31,116 nt of DNA from Candidatus Eiseniibacteriota bacterium (GTDB lineage Bacteria > Chloroflexota > Dormibacteria > CF-121). Under the pieces are notes generated by a model. It was not told where the DNA came from, ran no database searches, and was given only the letters and a program-made list of their open reading frames with translations. Position 1 is the first letter of the stretch. Every line of letters begins with the position of its first letter. Location: the NCBI GenBank assembly GCA_035635515.1, contig DASQAY010000059.1, forward strand, positions 1-31,116. Direction: 5' to 3'. The translations under genes and the position numbers were made by a program. Of this stretch, positions 22,752 to 30,827 are shown one piece after another.

Positions 22752-24998
22752 ATGTTCGCGGCCTGGGGTCGATTCGTCTATCGGTTTCGCTGGCTGGTGC
22801 TGGGCTTCTCGGGCGTCATGCTGACGGCGTCGATCGTGGCGTTGAGCCAGGGCGGGACTCTTCAGAACACCAGCCAGCCCGGGCTCGAGTACGCGCGAGC
22901 CGCCGGCCTGATCGCCAGCGAGCTGCCCCAACCGGGCGGATCGTCGTTCGACCTCATCTTCCGCAGCAGCGCCCTGACGGTCTCGGACCCAGCCTTCAAG
23001 GCGGCCATGGATTCGGCTCTGGCTCCGCTGCGGGCCGACTCCCGGGTGGACCTGGTCAGCACCCCGTATTCCAGCCCACCCAGCGCGGCCGCCGCGCTGC
23101 AATCGCGGGATGGCCACGCGGCGCTGGCTGTCGTCTCCGTGAAGGATGACTTCCCCACCGCCCGCCAGTACTACGAGCAGCTGCGCGGGCTGGTCCATTC
23201 CGACCAGCTGACGGTCCTGGCCACCGGAAACCTGGCCGTCGGCCACGACTTCGACACCATCCTGAAGGCCGACCTGCAGCGGGCCGAGGTGGTGTCGCTG
23301 CCGCTGGCCGCGCTGCTGCTGCTGGTCGTCTTCGCCACCGTGGTGGCCGCCCTGTTGCCGCTGGGGGTCGGCGGTCTGGCGGTGCTGGGGGGGCTGGCCG
23401 GTGTCGGTCTGCTGGCGCGGGTGACCGACGTATCGACCTACGCCACCAACATCGTCACCCTGATCGGCCTGGGGGTGGCCATCGACTACTCCCTGTTCAT
23501 GGTCAACCGGTTCCGCGAAGAGCTGGCCTCGGGCCGGTCGGCGGAGGACAGCCTGGCGCGGACCATGGCCACCGCCGGCCGAGCGGTCACGTTTTCGGGA
23601 TTGACCGTGGCCATCGGCCTCAGCGGGATGCTCTTCTTCCAGGGCTCGTTCCTGGCGTCGATGGGACTGGCGGGCGCGGTCGTGGTGGCGGTCGCGGTCC
23701 TTTACGCCCTCACCTTCCTGGCATCGCTGCTGGCGATCTTGGGCGGGCGCGTCAACCGGCTGCGGCTTCCCCTGCCGCGGCGGAGGGCCGGTCGAGGGCT
23801 CTGGCACGCAGTGGCCACCTGGGTGATGCGCCGGCCGGTGCTGGTGCTGGTCCCGGTGCTCGTCCTCCTGGCCATCATCGCCTCCCCGTTCGTCCGCATC
23901 CGGCTGGCCAACGGCGACGTCAATATGCTGCCGCCCAGCGCCCAGTCCCGGCAGGCCACGGAGATGCTGCAGTCGCAGTTCCCGGGTCATAGCCTCACCA
24001 CCATGACGGTGGTCGTCCGGTACGCGGGCGGGGCGCCCCTCACCGCGGACCGAGTCGGGGATCTGTATGACTTCAGCCGCCGGCTGGGGAGCCTTCCCAA
24101 CGTCGAACGGGTCGGTAGCGTGGTCGATCTGGACCCTGCCCTGAGCCGGGCCGATTACCGGGCCATGCTCAGCCGGCCGATCGCCCAGGCGCCCGCCGCC
24201 GTGCAGGATGCCGTCCGGCAGAGCGTCGGCCAGGACATCGTCGTGCTCACCGTGCGCACGCGCCAGGGGGCGCAAACCGATCAGGCCCGCGCCCTCGTGC
24301 AGGCGATCCGCGCTCAGCAGCCGCCCCAAGGGAGCCAGATCCTGGTGGGTGGGCTGACCGCCTACGACGTCGACCTGCTCAACTTCATCCTGCAGCGCAT
24401 CCCGGGCGCCGTGATGTTCGTGGTGCTGATGACCTATCTGGTCCTGTTTCTGCTGACCGGCTCACTGGTGCTGCCGTTGAAGGCGGTGGTCATGAACGTC
24501 ATCTCCATCTCCGCCTCCTTCGGCGCCCTGGTTTGGGTCTTCCAGCAGGGCCATCTCAGCCACCTGCTGAACTTCACGGCCTCGTCGATCGATCCCTCGG
24601 TCCCCGTCCTGCTCTTCTGCATCGTGTTCGGCCTCTCCATGGACTACGAGGTCATGCTGATCAGCCGGATCCAGGAGGAGTACCGGCGCACCGCCGATAC
24701 CACCCATGCCGTGGCGGAGGGCCTGGAGCGAAGCGGCCGGCTGGTCACCGGCGCGGCGGCCATCATGGTGGCGGTCTTCTCGGCCTTCGGGCTAGCGGAC
24801 GTGGTGCTGATCAAGTCCATCGGGCTGGGGCTGGCCCTGGCCGTCGCCATCGATGCCACCCTGGTCCGGGCGCTGATCGTCCCCGCCGTTATGCGCCTGC
24901 TGGGTCCCGCCAACTGGTGGTCACCTCGGTTGTTGAGCCGTCTGTACCGGCGGATCAACCTGGGTGAGCCCCTCGAACCCACCACCGAAGCGGCCTAA
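22752..24998 (+). CDS. MMPL-family (RND superfamily) transporter
   Basis: Two repeats with GLGVAIDYSLFMVNRFREE and FGLSMDYEVMLISRIQEEY, plus GRLVTGAAAIM and DATLVRALIVPAVMRLLG..NWW. SD GAGGGAG. Confidence 0.95.
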   Translation: MFAAWGRFVYRFRWLVLGFSGVMLTASIVALSQGGTLQNTSQPGLEYARAAGLIASELPQPGGSSFDLIFRSSALTVSDPAFKAAMDSALAPLRADSRVDLVSTPYSSPPSAAAALQSRDGHAALAVVSVKDDFPTARQYYEQLRGLVHSDQLTVLATGNLAVGHDFDTILKADLQRAEVVSLPLAALLLLVVFATVVAALLPLGVGGLAVLGGLAGVGLLARVTDVSTYATNIVTLIGLGVAIDYSLFMVNRFREELASGRSAEDSLARTMATAGRAVTFSGLTVAIGLSGMLFFQGSFLASMGLAGAVVVAVAVLYALTFLASLLAILGGRVNRLRLPLPRRRAGRGLWHAVATWVMRRPVLVLVPVLVLLAIIASPFVRIRLANGDVNMLPPSAQSRQATEMLQSQFPGHSLTTMTVVVRYAGGAPLTADRVGDLYDFSRRLGSLPNVERVGSVVDLDPALSRADYRAMLSRPIAQAPAAVQDAVRQSVGQDIVVLTVRTRQGAQTDQARALVQAIRAQQPPQGSQILVGGLTAYDVDLLNFILQRIPGAVMFVVLMTYLVLFLLTGSLVLPLKAVVMNVISISASFGALVWVFQQGHLSHLLNFTASSIDPSVPVLLFCIVFGLSMDYEVMLISRIQEEYRRTADTTHAVAEGLERSGRLVTGAAAIMVAVFSAFGLADVVLIKSIGLGLALAVAIDATLVRALIVPAVMRLLGPANWWSPRLLSRLYRRINLGEPLEPTTEAA

Positions 24999-25052
24999 CC
25001 GCAGCTCAGTTCCGGTCCGGCAAACTTCGCCCAACCAGGGCGATATACCGAT

Positions 25053-26330
25053 GTGCTGCGCGCCGTCCCATCTGCGGAACCCCCGGTGGCCGCGCCGCGC
25101 CCGCCACGCGCGCCCCTGCTGGGGGTGGACCGGGGCGGGTGGCAGATCTTCGCTGCCCAGGGTCTGAGCGGCCTCGGCACCGCGCCCTTTGTCGTCTTCG
25201 GCCCTATCTTTCAGCGACAGCTGGGTGCGACCGCCGTCGAGATCGGCCTGATCGGGGCGCTGGGATTGGTCCTGGGCACCCTGTCCATGATCCCGGGTAC
25301 CAGGCTGGCGGAACAGTATCACCTGCGCCGGACCATCTTCTGGGGCTGGCTCTTGACCCTTCCGGCGCCGCTTCTGTTCGCCCTGGCGCCCGACTGGCGC
25401 CTCACCGCCATCGGGACGGTGTTCCTGGGGGTGGCGGTCTGCAATACGCCGGCCATCAACGTCTACCTGACCCTCGAGGTGCCGAGGGACCGCATCAGCT
25501 TCGTGATGACGACCGTCGTCTCGGCCTTCTCCCTGGGCCTGATCGTGGCCACCGTGGCGTGCGGCTGGCTGGCCCAGATGATCGGGATCCGCTGGCTGTT
25601 CGCGGGCGCCTTCATCCTCTTCGCCGGGGCAGCCGCCTGCGTGGCCGTCCTGCCGCGAAAAACACTTCCGCCCGATGCCACGACCCGGGTCGCCTACCGT
25701 GACCTGCTCCGGTTTCGCCCATACGTGATCGGGGTCGCCCTCTTCTCGGCGGTGACGGTCATCATCTTCATCCCGTGGACCTTCACCACTCTCTATGCCC
25801 GGGAGGTGCTGCACGCGGACGACCTGACCATCGGGATGCTGATGGCGGTCTTCTATCTCGGGTCGGTCTTCATCGGCCTCGCGCTCAGCCGGTTGCGCGC
25901 CGCGGTGGGGCCCATGGTGGTGGTGCTCTGCTTCGAGGCGGCGTTCATCGTGTCCGCCATCGTGTTGCTTTCGGCCAGCGTGTTCCCCGTCATTGCGGTC
26001 GCCTTTTTTCTGCGCGGCGCCTTCTGGTCCTTCCGGCAGGTGATGACGGCCCTGGTGGGGGAGGCGCTGCCCAGCCGGGCGCTGGCCAAGGGGTACGGTC
26101 TGTTTGCCCTGGTGACGGGCCTGGCGGCCGCCGTGGCGTCGCCCATCGGCGGCTGGCTGTACGGGGTGGAACCCAGGCTGGCATTCTGGACGTCGGCGGC
26201 CCTCATGGGGGCCGCATTGGTGGCCACGGTGCTGGCCGCGGCGGCACTCCGTCCCCAGCCCGTGGCTCGCCCCCGGCCCGCCCCGTCCCTTGCGTCCGGG
26301 CCGGAGCAGCCAAGTCGTAAGGCTGCCTGA
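25053..26330 (+). CDS. MFS transporter (12-TM type, substrate unknown)
   Basis: About 12 hydrophobic segments, a GTRLAEQYHLRR loop similar to MFS motif A, and AKGYGLFALVTGLAAAVASPIGGWLY. Start uncertain. Confidence 0.82.
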   Translation: MLRAVPSAEPPVAAPRPPRAPLLGVDRGGWQIFAAQGLSGLGTAPFVVFGPIFQRQLGATAVEIGLIGALGLVLGTLSMIPGTRLAEQYHLRRTIFWGWLLTLPAPLLFALAPDWRLTAIGTVFLGVAVCNTPAINVYLTLEVPRDRISFVMTTVVSAFSLGLIVATVACGWLAQMIGIRWLFAGAFILFAGAAACVAVLPRKTLPPDATTRVAYRDLLRFRPYVIGVALFSAVTVIIFIPWTFTTLYAREVLHADDLTIGMLMAVFYLGSVFIGLALSRLRAAVGPMVVVLCFEAAFIVSAIVLLSASVFPVIAVAFFLRGAFWSFRQVMTALVGEALPSRALAKGYGLFALVTGLAAAVASPIGGWLYGVEPRLAFWTSAALMGAALVATVLAAAALRPQPVARPRPAPSLASGPEQPSRKAA

Positions 26331-26346
26331 TCAGGCCCAGCCGACG

Positions 26347-28044
26347 CTACTGGCCGGCTGGATTCCAGCTTGGGGCGAAACCCGTGTACGGAAAGTTGGC
26401 CGCCCAGTGAGTGAGCTGCTCCGGCCGCGATCCATCGGCGTTCATGACGCAGATCTGCGGATCGCCGTCGATGGTCGCCACATAACCGATCCGGCGGTCA
26501 TAGAGGGGCGCGTCCGGGGCGCTGCCATTGGGTGCGTCAGAGGTCCCGGTCACTTTGCTCACGCCACCCGCCTCCTGGGAGGCGAAGATGTTGACCCGGT
26601 ACAGCATGCTGGTTTCGCCATCGCCGACTGCGATCACGATGGTCCCGTTGTCGTTCAACCATGTGATGGCGCGGGCATCCAGGGCTGCCGCTCGAAAGTA
26701 GGTGCCCGGGCCGCTGGCCGTCAGATCGTAAATCCAGGTCTCTGGGCCCTGGGCTGCCATCCGTCGGAACGCGAGCTTGGTCCCATCCGCAGACCAGGAG
26801 GGCCGGTCTGCCGGATCGGTGAGCCCGGGTGGCTGGTACCGGGACTTCAGGTCGAGGTTGTAGATGAACAGCCGGGGCGTGCCCGGTGGGTCGTCCGCCG
26901 CGACGGCGAGGAATTTGCCATCGGGGCTGAAGGTCACCGGCGCCCGGACCGGCAGATCGTCCACCAGCGATCGGTCGTGGGCGCCGGCCAGCTGATACTG
27001 GCGCAAGCGATTGCGGGAGACGTAGACAATGCTGGTGCCGTCCGGCGTCCAGTACACGGTGCTGGCCTCCACCCGGAGGTCCTGGGTTTCCCCGGTGGAG
27101 AGCGTCACGATCAGCACCCGGCCCTCCAGCGCGCCTATTGTGTTCTCGATCACCACCAACTGCTGGCCATCGGGCGCCCAATCGAAGCCCAGTAGGCTCG
27201 TCGCGGCGCGCTCGGTATCGGATAGGGCGAAGACCTGCTTGGGGGTTGACTCCTCGAGGAAGGAGTCAGGGTGCGGATCCACCACCGCCACGCCAAAGGC
27301 GGCCTGCCCGTGCTCACCCATCAGGTAGCCGAGTTTGCGGGCCAGCGACCAGGCCCCGGTGCGAAAGCGGCTCTCCACCCGGCCGACCATCGCGTTCTGA
27401 TGCATGTCCAGCGCGCCTTCGATCGACACCGTGTACTGCGTGTTGGGCTGGAGCACGGCCAGCGGCACGACGTCGAACTGGGCGCTGTCCCCCGGGCGCT
27501 GCCGGAGGAGAAAGGGGATCTCGGGGTCGATCCGGATGGCAGCCAGGATCGTGGTTCGGTCCATGGCCCGGTTGAAGGTGATCAGGATATTGCGGTCGAG
27601 CGCGACGCCGGTCGCGCGGTTACTGGGCTCAATGCGCTGCAAGGTGGGCCGGCTTTCGGTGGTAAATGTCCATGACCGTTCAAAGCTGTCGTGCCGGCCG
27701 CTGAGATCCGCGTAGCCGCCGTGCAGGGCGACGGTGTACGTGGTGGCCGGATCCAGGTTCACGCTTTTGTGCGTGAAGATCAGCGCGTTCCGATTCCAGA
27801 CGAACCGGCAGCGAGCCGAGACCGCGCAACCCGGCAGCGCCGGTTTGAGCTCGAACCGTCCCTCCACCGAGGCGTGGTCCATGGGGCGGTCGAACTCGAC
27901 CCGGATGTCCTGGTTGGTCGGCACATCGCCGGCTCCCCGACTCGGATCGATACTGACGATCTTGGGCGGGTCCGCGGAGCAGGCTGCCACCGCGGCCCCC
28001 AGAACAAATGTGGCCACCAGGAAAGAGACCCCTCGACCGTCCAT
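26347..28044 (-). CDS. Predicted lipoprotein with two bacterial Ig-like (Big_5/SbsA-type) domains and a TolB-like beta-propeller
   Basis: Signal peptide ending VAAC. Ig-like repeats IDPSRGAGDVPTNQDIRVEFDRPMD and IEPSNRATGVALDRNILITFNRAMD. PD40-like repeats WAPDGQQL, FSPDGKFL, PSWSADGTKLAF and ICVMNADGS. Confidence 0.82.
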   Translation of the reverse strand: MDGRGVSFLVATFVLGAAVAACSADPPKIVSIDPSRGAGDVPTNQDIRVEFDRPMDHASVEGRFELKPALPGCAVSARCRFVWNRNALIFTHKSVNLDPATTYTVALHGGYADLSGRHDSFERSWTFTTESRPTLQRIEPSNRATGVALDRNILITFNRAMDRTTILAAIRIDPEIPFLLRQRPGDSAQFDVVPLAVLQPNTQYTVSIEGALDMHQNAMVGRVESRFRTGAWSLARKLGYLMGEHGQAAFGVAVVDPHPDSFLEESTPKQVFALSDTERAATSLLGFDWAPDGQQLVVIENTIGALEGRVLIVTLSTGETQDLRVEASTVYWTPDGTSIVYVSRNRLRQYQLAGAHDRSLVDDLPVRAPVTFSPDGKFLAVAADDPPGTPRLFIYNLDLKSRYQPPGLTDPADRPSWSADGTKLAFRRMAAQGPETWIYDLTASGPGTYFRAAALDARAITWLNDNGTIVIAVGDGETSMLYRVNIFASQEAGGVSKVTGTSDAPNGSAPDAPLYDRRIGYVATIDGDPQICVMNADGSRPEQLTHWAANFPYTGFAPSWNPAGQ

Positions 28045-28059
28045 GGCATGAGCTTAACG

Positions 28060-28126
28060 AGTGTCCCGAGTCAGAAATCCATTGGAAATTCGCGACTTTC
28101 TCAACGAACTTCCGACTCGGGACACT
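28060..28126 (-). ncRNA. Candidate structured 5' leader or small RNA (unassigned family)
   Basis: 13-bp perfect outer stem (up to 17 bp with one G-U on the minus strand) and a 9-bp inner stem. It starts 5 nt after a TAGAGT -10-like hexamer (28132-28137). Confidence 0.5.
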
Positions 28127-28211
28127 GGCCTACTCTAGAATTTCGCGCCCCTGGTGCGGATCGCGAAATACGATAGGCTCGCTTAAAGGCGGAGCTGCCC
28201 CCTGAGGGAGG

Positions 28212-29654
28212 CTAGCGCTCGGCCTCGACGACCTGGCGCATCTGGTCGGCCAGGTTGGCGAGCCGGGCAGGGTCGACGAACATGATGGACGTCTGCGAGA
28301 CCCGGTCGATGGTTCGGTCCAGGGCGTCGAGGTGCGGCTCCGTTGTGGCCAGCATCTCCTTCACCTTCTTGGCTCGGTTGCCGAGGGACTCATCGGCCAG
28401 CGCATAGAGCTGGTTCATCAGTCCCTCCCAGTCCACGTCGGTTTCGGCCTGGACGGGGGGCGGGGCCTGGTGGGGTGCCGGCGGGCCAGGCGCATAGGCT
28501 GGTCTCTGTGCGACCGGCGGCGGCGGGGCGGACCGGGCGGGCTGGTGGGCCATCCCCGGGCTGCTCAGCATGTCCTCCAGGTTGACCGATGACGGCTCCT
28601 CCAGGTCGGCGACGGCTTTGACCTCGATCCGCGTCCGCGGGTCCTTGCACAGCGCCAGGACGACGTCCGCCTGCGCTGAGAGCTGGGGCTGGCTGCGGGT
28701 GAAGGCGCCCAGCAGGTGGCCGCCCCGCAGCATGATGATCCCCATCTCATCGGGGGCCCGGGCGAGCAGGCTGCCATGCAACTGCTCTTCCTGCAGGTAC
28801 TCGAGCAACGCCTTCACGTCGACGAACCGCGCCAGCAAGCCCTGGAGGATGGTAGGCGCGGTCAAGAGCTGGTAGATGGCGGTGACGACTTCGGGCGATA
28901 GATCGATCACGTCCATCGTCCCTTCGCCGCGATCGACGTCGTTCTTGTAAAGCGTGAATGCGGTGCGGCCGGTGGTAACCACCGCGCCGCCATCGTAGAA
29001 ACTTTCGATCAGGCTGCCCTGGTAGAAGAGGATCATGCCGCGAGACGCCTGCCCGGTCAATCGCAGGTAGCCGGTGAGCCGGTCCGCACTCAGGGAGCGA
29101 AGCAGCTTGGGGAAATCGACAAAGGCCGTCTTCAGCGATTCATAGACGAGCCTCCCCACTGGCAGGGGGTAGAGCTCGGTGGCCGAGACCGACGTTTCGG
29201 ACGGCGGCGCAGGCTGGCTATTGTTGGGTGTCACCGGCGTCGGAGCCTTGGCGCTGGTCGTCGGCGTCGAGGCCGTCATCGCTGGGGCTGCCCGATCCGC
29301 GGAACCCGAGTTGGAGGGGGCCAGCCCGCGCCGCTCCGCTTCGGCCAGGATGTCGGCCGTCGAAGCCTTGATCGTCTCCTCGGCCGGTAACTTGGACTTG
29401 GGATCGAACGTGTAGTCACCGTGCTGCCAGGTCAGCGGCACAAAGACCGCTTCTTCGCCCTGGGTGCCGTCGCCATAGGCATGGAAAAGGTGGCCGAAAA
29501 GGAAGAAGAGCGCAAAGGTCTCACTTCCCTGTCGCACCTGTAGCGTCCCTGTCGCCCGCTGCGCCTGCATCGACTGCAAGAGATTTGCCAGCGGCATCTG
29601 CTCCAGGGACCCGCGATTGTCGAAAAGTTTCGGCGTTTGCTCCTTGGTGTCCAC
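28212..29654 (-). CDS. DUF4388/PATAN-like repeat protein
   Basis: N-terminal GSLEQMPLANLLQSMQAQRATGTLQV...GHLFHAYGDGTQGEEAVFVPLTWQHGDYTF, then two related units (FVDFPKLLRSL..DRLTGYLRL; FVDVKALLEYL..EQLHGSLL). GTG 29654 has GGAGG upstream. Confidence 0.75.
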   Translation of the reverse strand: MDTKEQTPKLFDNRGSLEQMPLANLLQSMQAQRATGTLQVRQGSETFALFFLFGHLFHAYGDGTQGEEAVFVPLTWQHGDYTFDPKSKLPAEETIKASTADILAEAERRGLAPSNSGSADRAAPAMTASTPTTSAKAPTPVTPNNSQPAPPSETSVSATELYPLPVGRLVYESLKTAFVDFPKLLRSLSADRLTGYLRLTGQASRGMILFYQGSLIESFYDGGAVVTTGRTAFTLYKNDVDRGEGTMDVIDLSPEVVTAIYQLLTAPTILQGLLARFVDVKALLEYLQEEQLHGSLLARAPDEMGIIMLRGGHLLGAFTRSQPQLSAQADVVLALCKDPRTRIEVKAVADLEEPSSVNLEDMLSSPGMAHQPARSAPPPPVAQRPAYAPGPPAPHQAPPPVQAETDVDWEGLMNQLYALADESLGNRAKKVKEMLATTEPHLDALDRTIDRVSQTSIMFVDPARLANLADQMRQVVEAER

Positions 29655-29682
29655 AAGCCTCCGCCGCCCCGGAATTTTCCCC

Positions 29683-29691
29683 ATGTTAGCA
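29683..29691 (-). promoter_or_regulatory. Extended -10 promoter TGC-TAACAT for the DUF4388 gene
   Basis: The minus strand reads TG-C-TAACAT. This overlaps the ORF-track ATG, which supports the later GTG start. Confidence 0.5.
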
Positions 29692-29807
29692 CAGGCCTAA
29701 TTGAGATCAGGCAAGCCCGAGTGACCCGGCGTGGTCGAATACGGGCCAAGCCCGAATTTACCGAATCGAGCCAGTAGATCCGGGCCTACCGACTAATCTG
29801 AGGCGGG

Positions 29808-30827
29808 ATGCCATCGCTCATTGAGTGCAGCGATGCCGGGACCTGGGATGCATTTGTCTCGGCCGCGTCGGATGGCACGCCTCTCCAGGCCTGGGCCTGG
29901 GGGGCGCTCAAGACCACCACCGGCTGGTCTGTGCGTCGATTTCTCTGGACGACCGGTCCCGGCCTGCCCTCCGGCGCGATTTCGGTGCTGCGGCGGGCCC
30001 TTCCCGGTGGGTTGGCGTTGCACTATGCCCCGCGCGGCCCGGTGCTGAGCGGGCACCCGCAGGAGTGGCCAGCCCTATTCGCGGCCCTGCAGGCCGCGCT
30101 CAAAGACGAGGGTGGCATCGTTTTGAAGGTGGATCCCGCCTGGACGGGCGAGCCGGAGCGCGCCATCATAACGCAGCTCGGTGGCCGTCCCAGCCGTCGC
30201 GCGATCCAGCACCAGGCAACCTGGGTGGTCGACATCAGCGGTGGCGACGCGGCCCTGATGCGGATGAAGGAGTCCACCCGACGGAACATCCGCGCCGGCG
30301 AGCGACAGGGCATCAGCGTCGAGGCGTCCGACAGCGATGCCGCCATGGACGCGTTTTATGACGTGCTGCGCGCCAGCGCGGACCGGCGCCGATTCGTCAT
30401 CCGGCCGCTCTCCTACTATCGAGCCCTGCTGCGGGCGTTCGCGGAGCGCGGCCAGGTCGCCGTGTATCTGGCGCGCCATCAGGGAGAACTGGTGGCCGGC
30501 GCGGTGATGCTCGTGTTCGGCACTACGCTGACGTACCTGTACGGCGGCACGCGCCTGGATGGCGACCTCAAGCCCGGCTACCTGCTGCACTGGCGGGCGA
30601 TCCAGGACGCACAGCAGCGGGGCTGCACTCGCTATGACATGTGGGGGGTGCCGCTGGATCCCACGCCCGAGCATCCCGGGTATGGCTATTACGTCTTCAA
30701 GACGCGCTTCAACGGCGAGCTGATCCGCTACATCGGCCTATACGACCTGCCCGTCCGGCAGCCGTTGGCGGCCGCGCTCCGGCTGGGCGAGCGCTTCATC
30801 CGGGCCGGGCAGCCGGAATTCGTGTGA
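29808..30827 (+). CDS. FemABX-family peptidoglycan aminoacyltransferase (lipid II:amino-acyl transferase)
   Basis: PLQAWAWGALK..TGW, HYAPRGPVL, MKESTRRNIR, YLYGG, YLLHWRAIQDA..RGCTRYDMWG and VFKTRFNG. Confidence 0.92.
   Translation: MPSLIECSDAGTWDAFVSAASDGTPLQAWAWGALKTTTGWSVRRFLWTTGPGLPSGAISVLRRALPGGLALHYAPRGPVLSGHPQEWPALFAALQAALKDEGGIVLKVDPAWTGEPERAIITQLGGRPSRRAIQHQATWVVDISGGDAALMRMKESTRRNIRAGERQGISVEASDSDAAMDAFYDVLRASADRRRFVIRPLSYYRALLRAFAERGQVAVYLARHQGELVAGAVMLVFGTTLTYLYGGTRLDGDLKPGYLLHWRAIQDAQQRGCTRYDMWGVPLDPTPEHPGYGYYVFKTRFNGELIRYIGLYDLPVRQPLAAALRLGERFIRAGQPEFV

Noticed and set aside
22245-24329. 694-aa antisense ORF opposite tetR/mmpL, and similar long shadows (5152-6102 +, 11232-12116 -, 17429-18550 +, 20372-21442 -, 1045-2214 -, 4556-5140 +)
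   Set aside because: They lie over genes with clear family motifs and have no motifs of their own. Long stop-free antisense frames are expected at this GC content.
26325-26361. Palindromes at the MFS/lipoprotein convergence (GCCTGATCAGGC; CCAGCCG/CGGCTGG)
   Set aside because: No U-tract on either strand and largely overlapping the two stop-codon regions; too weak to call a terminator.
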